Shown in pieces: positions 8,005 to 15,130 of a stretch of 18,596 nt of DNA; position 1 is the stretch's first letter; each line of letters begins with the position of its first letter. The DNA is taken from the NCBI GenBank assembly GCA_044342325.1, contig JBIIPZ010000049.1:1-18596 (forward strand), given 5' to 3'. Both the position numbers and the translations under genes were made by a program. The stretch comes from Terrimicrobiaceae bacterium. Lineage in GTDB: Bacteria > Verrucomicrobiota > Verrucomicrobiia > Chthoniobacterales > Terrimicrobiaceae. The notes beneath the pieces are model-generated. The model was not told where the DNA came from and did not search any database. It saw only the letters and a program-made list of their open reading frames with translations.

Positions 8005-10803
8005 ATGAAATATTCTAACGAGACTCCAGATTCAGAACCCACCGCTCGCGAGCGCCTCTCGCTTGATCCAAGTTGGCTCTTCCACGCGGGTGATGTTCCC
8101 ATGCCGGAACTCAGGGGGCACTACGCCAGCTACATGAATGCCAAGGCCGGCACGGCATGGGGCGCCGCCGCACCCGACTTCGACGATGGGGAATGGCGTA
8201 GGCTCGACCTGCCACATGATTGGGTCGTGGAGGGGCCCTTCCTCGAGGAGGAAAACCTTTCCCAGGGCTACCGTCCGCGCGGCATCGCCTGGTATCGGCG
8301 GAAGTTCCTTTTGGCAGAAGACGACCGAGGCAAGTATCTGGAGCTTCAGTTCGACGGCATCGCCACCCACGCAACGGTGTGGGTCAACGGACTGCTCGTG
8401 CATCGCAGTTTCTGCGGCTACACGCCTTTTCAGATCGACCTGACGCCCATCGCCACTTACGGCGACCAACCCAACACCATCGCCATCCGCGTGGATGCGG
8501 ATGCCATGGAGGGCTGGTGGTATGAGGGCGGCGGCATCTACCGGCACACCTGGCTGGTGAAGCGCGCCCCGGTTCATATTCAGACGGACGGGGTTTATGC
8601 CGTCCCCGTGCGCTCGCCGGAGGGTGCCTGGTCGGTCCCCGTGGAGATGACGCTCGGGAATATCACTTCCAAAGAGACCCCGGTGGAGATCACCGCCGAA
8701 TTGCTTGATCCCGAAGGCAGGGTGGTCGTCAGCGAGCGCTCCGCGGCCTCCGTGCCAGTGCTGGAATCCGCCGTTTCGAACATCACGCTTCCGGTGCCGG
8801 GCACTCCCCGCCTCTGGTCGGTGAATGAGCCTGTTCTCTACACCGTGCGCGTCTCGGTGCGCCGTGAGGGGAAACTTCTCGACGAGGCGAGTGTGGCCTG
8901 CGGTTTCCGCAGCATTCGTTTCGATGCGGAGAAGGGATTTTTTCTCAACGACGAACCGCTCAAGCTCCAGGGAACCTGCAACCATCAGGACCATGCGGGC
9001 GTCGGCGTGGCCGTGCCCGATGCGCTCTGGGATTTCCGGATCAGAAGACTCAGGGAGATGGGGTGCAACGCCTACCGCTCCGCCCATAACCAACCGGCGC
9101 CAGAGTTTCTCGATGCCTGCGACCGGCTCGGCATGCTGGTCATGGATGAGAACCGCAACTTCAACCACACCCCCGAATACATCGGTCAACTCCGGACAAT
9201 GGTCCGCCGCGACCGCAACCATCCGAGTGTGTTCCTTTGGTCCGTCTTCAATGAGGAACCGATGCAGGGCACCCCACAGGGCCGGGAAATGGTGCGCCGC
9301 ATGGTGAGCGAAGTCCGCCGCCTTGACCCCACGCGCCCTGTCACGGCGGCGATGAACGGTGGAATGAACAACGCCGAGGGGGTCTTCGAGGCCGTGGATG
9401 TGATGGGCTTCAATTACTGCGACCACGCTTACGATTCCTTCCACGCCAAGCATCCTCATCTCCCTGTCTTCAGCTCCGAGGACACCTCTGCCTTCATGAC
9501 CCGTGGCGAGTATGCCAACGACCCAGAGCGCAATGTCGTCTCATCCTACGACAGCGAGTTCGCAAGCTGGGGGCATTCCCACCGCAAGGCATGGCAACTC
9601 ATCGCCGAGCGCCCCTTCCTCGCGGGGGGCTTCGTCTGGACGGGCTTCGACTACCGAGGCGAACCGCAAAGACTTGCCTGGCCCTCGATTTCCTCCGTCT
9701 TCGGCATCATGGACACCTGCGGATTCGCCAAGACGGCGTTTCACATCCACCAGGCCGAATGGATCAAGGACCGCCCCGTCCTCGCCCTCGCGCCGCACTG
9801 GAACTGGGCGGGCCGCGAGGGGGAAACGATTTCCGTCCTTGCCATGACCAACGCCGAGGAAGTCGCCCTCTTCCTCAACGGCGAACCGCTGGGCCGGAAA
9901 CCGAAGCCCTCTTTCGACTTCATCGAGTGGGCGGTTCCCTACGCTCCCGGTCGCCTCGAAGCCGTCGCCTACAATCAGGGTAAAGAGGTCGCACGCACTC
10001 AGGTCGAGACAACAGGCGCACCGGCGGCTCTCCGGCTTGAACCTGACAGGGATTGGCTCAAAGGCGATGCTTGGGATGTAATCCCGGTTACCGTCTCGGT
10101 CGTCGATGCCATGGGCCGCATCGTTCCCGACGCGGACAACTCGGTTACCTTCACGGTGGATGGACCGGCGGAGAATATCGGCCACGGCAACGGGGACCAC
10201 AACTGCCACGATCCCGAGAAGGGCCCGATGCGCCGGGTTTTCCACGGTCTGGCACAGCTGATCGTTCGCTCCAAGGCCGCCTCGGGTCAGGCCACCATCC
10301 GCGCCGAGGCCGATGGATTGGCCGCCGCCGAACTGCTCCTGACTGTCCGCCCTGCCGAGATTCCCCCATTCGTCGCACCCGAGGAGTCGCGCTACCAGAT
10401 CGCCACTTGGGTCTTCTCGCCACCGCAAACCGATCGCCCCGATCCCATGGTCGAGATTTCGGAGGCCGACGTGAACACCTGGATGAGCGTAACGCCCGGA
10501 ACACTCCAGGAGATGCCGACAGGCCAATGGGCAGTTTACCGAGCCCGCTTCCGCCCGTGGAACTCCATCGCATCCCGAGGCGGCGAGATCGTCTTCGGCA
10601 CCCTACATGGCCACGCCGAGATCTGGCTGGACGGAATCAAAATCACCGAAAAAACCGATCCCTCCCCCACCCCGCTAAGGATCCCTCTCCCGCCCTCCGA
10701 GGCCGATTCAAGCACAGACCGCGTCCTAACACTTCTGGTTCGACCGGAAGCCGATGGCCGCGTCGGGATGGCCCGAGAGGTTAGCATCGTCGCCGACCCT
10801 TAA
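8005..10803 (+). CDS. galA: Glycoside hydrolase family 2 beta-galactosidase (GalA-like) with a C-terminal extension
   Basis: GH2 motifs LPHDW, WYRRKF, LQFDGI..VWVNG, WYEGGGIYRH, GTCNHQDHAGVG, YRSAHN, RDRNHPSVFLWSVFNEE (acid/base Glu), FSSEDTS (likely nucleophile) and GGFVWTGFDYRGEP. ATG 8005, 20 nt after the upstream stop, is preferred over 7921. No signal peptide. The substrate is not established. Confidence 0.92.
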   Translation: MKYSNETPDSEPTARERLSLDPSWLFHAGDVPMPELRGHYASYMNAKAGTAWGAAAPDFDDGEWRRLDLPHDWVVEGPFLEEENLSQGYRPRGIAWYRRKFLLAEDDRGKYLELQFDGIATHATVWVNGLLVHRSFCGYTPFQIDLTPIATYGDQPNTIAIRVDADAMEGWWYEGGGIYRHTWLVKRAPVHIQTDGVYAVPVRSPEGAWSVPVEMTLGNITSKETPVEITAELLDPEGRVVVSERSAASVPVLESAVSNITLPVPGTPRLWSVNEPVLYTVRVSVRREGKLLDEASVACGFRSIRFDAEKGFFLNDEPLKLQGTCNHQDHAGVGVAVPDALWDFRIRRLREMGCNAYRSAHNQPAPEFLDACDRLGMLVMDENRNFNHTPEYIGQLRTMVRRDRNHPSVFLWSVFNEEPMQGTPQGREMVRRMVSEVRRLDPTRPVTAAMNGGMNNAEGVFEAVDVMGFNYCDHAYDSFHAKHPHLPVFSSEDTSAFMTRGEYANDPERNVVSSYDSEFASWGHSHRKAWQLIAERPFLAGGFVWTGFDYRGEPQRLAWPSISSVFGIMDTCGFAKTAFHIHQAEWIKDRPVLALAPHWNWAGREGETISVLAMTNAEEVALFLNGEPLGRKPKPSFDFIEWAVPYAPGRLEAVAYNQGKEVARTQVETTGAPAALRLEPDRDWLKGDAWDVIPVTVSVVDAMGRIVPDADNSVTFTVDGPAENIGHGNGDHNCHDPEKGPMRRVFHGLAQLIVRSKAASGQATIRAEADGLAAAELLLTVRPAEIPPFVAPEESRYQIATWVFSPPQTDRPDPMVEISEADVNTWMSVTPGTLQEMPTGQWAVYRARFRPWNSIASRGGEIVFGTLHGHAEIWLDGIKITEKTDPSPTPLRIPLPPSEADSSTDRVLTLLVRPEADGRVGMAREVSIVADP

Positions 10804-10828
10804 CATCAGACTCAAAAAATCCACGATC

Positions 10829-11047
10829 ATGAGCATTGGTTGCTTCGCCCTTAACACCCTCTTCAGTCCAATTGAAGCCCAACTCGCGCAAATCGCCGCC
10901 TAGGGCTTCAAATACGCTGACGTCACCGATAACTGCGACGGCGCTTCCCTCGGCGTCGAGTTCGGATTCGCCGCCGTCGCGAGCCTCGACGCGAACCCAC
11001 ATGACATCCGGAGGCAGTTTGCCGCACACGGCATTGAGATCCCGTAG
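10829..11047 (+). pseudogene. Truncated paralogue of the sugar-phosphate isomerase/epimerase gene (5' ~71 codons, internal stop)
   Basis: Translates as MSIGCFALNTLFSPIEAQLAQIAA*GFKYADVTDNCDGASLGVEFGFAAVASLDANPHDIRRQFAAHGIEIP*. It is 58/71 identical (hand count) to the N-terminus of the 11158..12000 product. TAG at 10901-10903 replaces Trp25. Confidence 0.92.
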
Positions 11048-11048
11048 C

Positions 11049-11135
11049 AGAAATGGCGGTGGGATCAATGCTGATATGGCCGATGATGCGGTCACCCAAA
11101 TGAGTCTTGATAAATTGGCAAATATAGGACGGTGA
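11049..11135 (+). pseudogene. Decayed 3' tail of a prepilin-type processing-associated H-X9-DG protein gene
   Basis: Reads RNGGGINADMADDAVTQMSLDKLANIGR*. Three single-base changes (aat>cat, gat>gtt, gat>ggt) give RHGGGINAVMADGAV, which has the exact H-X9-DG spacing close to a stop codon. Confidence 0.5.
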
Positions 11136-11142
11136 TTTTCAA

Positions 11143-11169
11143 AACAGAACTTCCAATTCAAGTTCTGTT
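11143..11169. terminator. Hairpin between convergent units; possible terminator
   Basis: Perfect 10-bp inverted repeat AACAGAACTT (11143-11152) / AAGTTCTGTT (11160-11169) with a 7-nt loop, overlapping the isomerase stop codon. Short T-rich runs follow on both strands. The stem is AT-rich and therefore weak. Confidence 0.45.
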
Positions 11170-12000
11170 GAGTTTTTCCAGAAAATTCCGGCTTGCCAGC
11201 ACCGCATCCTCGCCGGCCACCTCTAATGTGGTGTGGCCATTGAAGCCGACTTCTTGGAGTGCCCTGTGGACGGCCTCGATACCCACCACTCCCGAACCGA
11301 GTGCAATCGTCGCCATGCCGCAGCCAAAAATCTTGCCTCGCCGGGATTCCATCTCCGCAGGCATGTCTTTCCAATGCACATGCTCGATCTTGCTCCCGAA
11401 TTTGCGGACATAGGCCACCGGATCGCCTCCACCCAGCCAGAGGTTGCCGGTGTCCAGATTGAGTCCAAGCGCCGGAGAGTCGCAGGCATCGAGGACCCGC
11501 TCGGTGAGCGCGATGTTGTCGGAGATAGGACCATGCGGTTCAAAGAGAATTTTCACGCCCAAATCCTCTGCCAGCCGCAACGGCTCGTGCAGTTTTTCCC
11601 TCACTAAAAGAATCGCCTCGGCATCGGTCAGGTTTTTGCCGAATGCGGTAGACGGTTCGCCCTCGGTAGTGATCACATGGCGCACTCCTATGGCGGCAGC
11701 GGATTTTACGGCCTTGATAATCTGCGGGGTGCTGTAGCGCCATGGGGCGCTGGGATCCAGCAGGTTTGCATGGGCGCACCAAGAAGTGATTTCGATGCCA
11801 TGTGCGGCGAACGCGCGGCGGACATCATGAGGGTTGGAGTCAAGGCTGGCGACGGCGGCAAAACCGAATTCGACGCCCAGCGATGCCCCGTCGCAGTTGT
11901 CGGTGACATCCGCGTGGCGGAATCCCCAGGTTGCGATCTGAGTCAATTGAGTATCGAGCGGACTGAAGGGTGTGTTGAGTGCGAAGCAGCCGATTGTCAT
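11158..12000 (-). CDS. Sugar-phosphate isomerase/epimerase (xylose-isomerase-like TIM barrel), 280 aa
   Basis: Metal-ligand pattern ILFEPHG, LNLDTGN, EHVHWKD and TTLEV, plus ALGSGVV. The start is set at ATG 12000 because both partial copies begin at the same Met. Confidence 0.92.
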   Translation of the reverse strand: MTIGCFALNTPFSPLDTQLTQIATWGFRHADVTDNCDGASLGVEFGFAAVASLDSNPHDVRRAFAAHGIEITSWCAHANLLDPSAPWRYSTPQIIKAVKSAAAIGVRHVITTEGEPSTAFGKNLTDAEAILLVREKLHEPLRLAEDLGVKILFEPHGPISDNIALTERVLDACDSPALGLNLDTGNLWLGGGDPVAYVRKFGSKIEHVHWKDMPAEMESRRGKIFGCGMATIALGSGVVGIEAVHRALQEVGFNGHTTLEVAGEDAVLASRNFLEKLNRT

Positions 12001-12086
12001 GTTGAGGAGGTTTTGAGTTGGAAGGGTTTTATAGTTGCTACACTTTTGGGGCACAATTTTTTTTCCAATTTTAGAAAAATGCGAGG

Positions 12087-12217
12087 TTCGACGCCCAGCG
12101 TTGCTTCGTCGCAGTTGTCGCTGACATCCGTGTGCGAAATCCCCGGGCTATGATCTGAGTCAATTGAGTATCGAGCGGACTGAAGGGTGCGTTGAGTCCG
12201 AAGCAGCCGATTGTCAT
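12087..12217 (-). pseudogene. Tandem frameshifted copy of the isomerase 5' end
   Basis: 131-nt direct repeat of 11869..12000 with 12 substitutions and one 1-nt deletion (about 90% identical, hand count). Reads MTIGCFGLNAPFSPLDTQLTQIIARGFR and then shifts frame. Its ATG (12217) overlaps the upstream gene's TGA as ATGA. Confidence 0.92.
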
Positions 12218-13884
12218 TTGGCTTCCCTTCCTTCGCTGGCGATGCGGATCATTTCGATGAGTCCCGTGGCCATGGCCGGTATGGACCACATCTCGCGACG
12301 ATGACCCGGCACCCATGTCACGACATTCGGGTGGGACTTCAATATCCATGCAACCGGGAAGGTCCCTGCGGAAATCGTTGTTTCAACGAGCACATCCACA
12401 TCGGCCACCGCACCGAGATGGATGAACACCTCGTCTTTCGGAAGCCAGGCTTCTTTCCATGTGGTAAATCGGGGGTCGGTTGCGACAAGCCGCGTCTCCT
12501 CGTGCGGATGTTGTGAAGTGTTCCAGTCCCAGACATTGCCGGCCCATCGGTGGTATGTCTGCCAGTTTTTGTAGCCCCCGAGCGCCGCGTGAACGAAGAC
12601 GGTTGGTTTTCCCGATTCGATCCATTTAGTGAGTGCCGATTGGGTGTTCGGCGATGGCTCCTCCTGGGTGTGATAAAGCAGAAGGACTCCCGCATCGGCG
12701 AGATCCGATTCGGTGAGGCCCGATGACGCCTCGATCAACTCGGGTTTGCGTCCACTCGCGTTTTCCAAGGCCTCCAGAATCCCCTCGCGTCCGCCGCTGC
12801 CGAAATGTTCATCGGCGAAGAGCACGATGCGTCCCTCTGGAATGCGAGGGCGGGGCGGATTCTGAACTACTTCGAGCGGCGCGAATCCGGTGGTCAACGG
12901 TGCATCGATCCTCCTCATCAGGCGTGCGGATTCGTGCGCCGCGTAGACAGTTCTGGTCGAGATCGCTGACCGAGCCGCATCCAATTTCATGGGGCTTCCT
13001 GTTTCGAGCGCGGCGAACATTTCCAAAACCATCGCCTGCATGCCTTGCGGAGCCCCGGTCGGAACTAGAATCTCGCGATACCCCTCTGCTTGGTTCCACA
13101 CTCGGAGCACTTGATCACGGATTGCGATCATTCCCTCCGATCCACGGATAAAAACCATTTCTCCACCTTGGTGGTGGTCTGGGCCGGTGATGAAGATGGC
13201 CTGTCGCTTTTCGGGATATTCGGCAAAGACGATCGAACTTTCCTCAATGGCATGCTGATAAAGGCGCTTTCCGCCATGGCTGGCGCCGGCCAGCACCGAC
13301 AGCGGTGTGGAGTCAAACAGCCAACTCGCGATGTCGATCCAGTGAACGGACCACGACAGCATGTCCCAGCCGTCGCCGACTCGTGCTTCAAGAACCCAGT
13401 CCGTGCCGATGGCGCTTGATTCAAGGAGCTCTTTGGCAAGCTTGAAGTTCGGGTCGTGGCACCTTTGATGGGCAATGGCGAGGAGGCTGCCGGATTTTGT
13501 GCAGGCCTCCAGCATGGCGTCGATTTCGCAACCATTGAGTGCCATCGGTTTTTCGCAGAGAATTCCGCGCACGCCACGGGCGGCGGCTTCGATAACCTGG
13601 GGTGCGTGTAACTTCGGCCAAGTGCACACGCTAACCACATCCGGCGTCAGCGCTGCGTAAAGCGCGTGGGTGCTGGGAAACAAATCCTCCGTGGCAACGC
13701 CGAAGCGCTCCCCAAAAGCTGCGAGGTTTTCCGCATTGGGATCTACTCCAAGTAACCTGATGCCAGGATCGGCCATTTTGTATGCCTCGGCATGGACATG
13801 CCCGATAGCCCAGCCTTCCTTGCCGGGATTGAATTTTCCGCAGCCAATGACGGCGGCGCTATTTTTTGGAGTCGTGTTCATCAT
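12214..13884 (-). CDS. Gfo/Idh/MocA oxidoreductase fused to a C-terminal ThuA-like (class I glutamine amidotransferase-like) domain
   Basis: N-terminal part: AAVIGCG, DVVSVCTWPKLHA, ILCEKPMA, VHWID. C-terminal ~210 aa: LADAGVLLLY, WIESGKPTVFVHAA, W..Y..WAG, QHP, DEVF, FPVAW, PGH, the pattern typical of ThuA-like domains. Confidence 0.88.
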   Translation of the reverse strand: MMNTTPKNSAAVIGCGKFNPGKEGWAIGHVHAEAYKMADPGIRLLGVDPNAENLAAFGERFGVATEDLFPSTHALYAALTPDVVSVCTWPKLHAPQVIEAAARGVRGILCEKPMALNGCEIDAMLEACTKSGSLLAIAHQRCHDPNFKLAKELLESSAIGTDWVLEARVGDGWDMLSWSVHWIDIASWLFDSTPLSVLAGASHGGKRLYQHAIEESSIVFAEYPEKRQAIFITGPDHHQGGEMVFIRGSEGMIAIRDQVLRVWNQAEGYREILVPTGAPQGMQAMVLEMFAALETGSPMKLDAARSAISTRTVYAAHESARLMRRIDAPLTTGFAPLEVVQNPPRPRIPEGRIVLFADEHFGSGGREGILEALENASGRKPELIEASSGLTESDLADAGVLLLYHTQEEPSPNTQSALTKWIESGKPTVFVHAALGGYKNWQTYHRWAGNVWDWNTSQHPHEETRLVATDPRFTTWKEAWLPKDEVFIHLGAVADVDVLVETTISAGTFPVAWILKSHPNVVTWVPGHRREMWSIPAMATGLIEMIRIASEGREAK

Positions 13885-13982
13885 TGAAAATGGGAATTGT
13901 CTGTAGACTTAACAGAAATACTATGAGTTCTCATGGTAACAATAAAAGCCGACTGGCAAAAATTACTATACAGTTAACATAA
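13885..13982. promoter_or_regulatory. Divergent promoter region between the oxidoreductase unit and the AraC regulator
   Basis: 98-bp AT-rich gap between divergent start codons. Contains the inverted repeat ATGAG-TT-CTCAT (13923-13934) and three TAACA words (13910, 13937, 13975). No specific promoter was assigned. Confidence 0.6.
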
Positions 13983-14843
13983 ATGCTAAAATTAGAGACT
14001 GCCTGGAGTGCAAGTGAGGCGGAATTGGGGAGCGCGGTTGATACGCTGCGCATCGAGCTCATCGGACATATTCCGAATAAAACAGAGAGTGTGGACACAC
14101 GCTTCAACTTCGAAGGTTTGGGGTTGGTGCTGGCTGGGAGGGGTTTTTTCCAGATGGATGATGGGCCCGTTTACGCGGTCGAAGCGCCGGCTGTTTTTTA
14201 TATCTGGGAGGGCCCCCGGTTTCGTTACGGGCCCCTACTGGGGACATCCTGGGACGAGCGCTACCTTTGTTTCACAGGTTCCCGGATGCGGGATTGGCGA
14301 AGATGGCGCTGGCTTGCGCGCCAAGAGGTGCCTCGTAGCCTGCTGAAAGCAACCCAGCACGCCGCCCTGCACCAACACGCCGTCGAAGCCTTTCAAAGAG
14401 GGGATACGGGGGATATCGACGAGGCGAAACTCAAGACGGAGCAGTTGGTTTTTGAACTTCACCGTGAGGCGGTAATCGGCGTATCCCGCAGCGATCCCCT
14501 CAAGAATCTCATTGCGGAATGGAAGGAAAACCTGCCGCCTGATTTGAATTTGCAGCAATGCGCCAGAAGGCTGGATATGAGCTACAGCGGTTTTCGGGAA
14601 AAATTCCGCGAACGCACTGGACTCAGTGTTTACCAATATGTCTTGCGGTTGCGGTTGGAAAATTCATGCCGATTGTTGATCGAAACCGGCCAGCAGATCA
14701 AAGCCATCGCGCATTCATCGGGTTTTTCAAGCGTGGAGAGTTTTTGCCGTTCATTTCAGCGCGTCAAACGCATGACAGCTTCCGAATACCGATCACGGCA
14801 CAGGGCCATGAATGATAGCTCTCAACAGTTGTGCACATTTTGA
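13983..14843 (+). CDS. AraC family transcriptional regulator
   Basis: N-terminal cupin-like ligand domain (LVLAGRGFF..YGP..SWDERYLCFTG) and a C-terminal double HTH (NLQQCARRLDMSYSGFREKFRERTGLS..LRLENSCRLL..IKAIAHSSGFSSVESFCRSFQR..TASEYR). Confidence 0.95.
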   Translation: MLKLETAWSASEAELGSAVDTLRIELIGHIPNKTESVDTRFNFEGLGLVLAGRGFFQMDDGPVYAVEAPAVFYIWEGPRFRYGPLLGTSWDERYLCFTGSRMRDWRRWRWLARQEVPRSLLKATQHAALHQHAVEAFQRGDTGDIDEAKLKTEQLVFELHREAVIGVSRSDPLKNLIAEWKENLPPDLNLQQCARRLDMSYSGFREKFRERTGLSVYQYVLRLRLENSCRLLIETGQQIKAIAHSSGFSSVESFCRSFQRVKRMTASEYRSRHRAMNDSSQQLCTF

Positions 14844-14939
14844 GAGCGGACCGGCGGCAAGAACGCTTTAAAATATTTCCGGTTTTTCGCCTTCAAATAC
14901 GACTCCTACGGCTTTGCGCCAGCGGTCGACAGCCATGGG

Positions 14940-15130
14940 TAGCCGGTTTTGGCTGTCTTTGTCGAAGCGCTCTATGGTGATGCCGTCCACGAGGCATGCC
15001 CCTGCGTTGGCCTTCAACTTTTCTCATGCCAGCCCAAGTGTCCACTCCGAGCAAACCTTATCGATCAGGCTGAACCACTTGTTTGCTTCCTCCCCCTTTC
15101 GATGGCCATCAGCGTCGGCTCTGTCCAAGT
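14940..15130 (-). pseudogene. ltrA: Group II intron reverse transcriptase/maturase N-terminal fragment
   Basis: The minus strand reads WTEPTLMAIERG / (frameshift in a G-run) / EEANKWFSLIDKVCSEWTLGLA*EKLKANAGACLVDGITIERFDKDSQNRL. This matches the RT0 region of intron-encoded proteins (KWxSLIDKV..L..AWxxVKANxGAxGVDGxT). TGA at 15026-15024 replaces the conserved Trp. No YADD motif and no intron RNA domains were seen. Confidence 0.88.

Noticed and set aside
8032..10527. 475-aa and 328-aa minus-strand ORFs, and the 243-aa alternative + frame at 10053..10784
   Set aside because: Fully nested in the motif-supported GH2 gene; shadow ORFs.
10781..11374. 197-aa minus ORF and 99-aa plus ORF (10836..11135) as real genes
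   Set aside because: They run across pseudogene fragments in the wrong frame or strand; only the last ~28 codons of the plus ORF show a relic motif.
12071..12349. 92-aa minus ORF
   Set aside because: Composite of an off-frame part of the oxidoreductase gene and the frameshifted isomerase duplicate.
10901..15026. Stop-codon recoding, since both in-frame stops (TAG 10901, TGA 15026) sit at Trp positions
   Set aside because: Both are single G>A changes from TGG within fragments that are also truncated or frameshifted, and TGA terminates many intact genes in the window.
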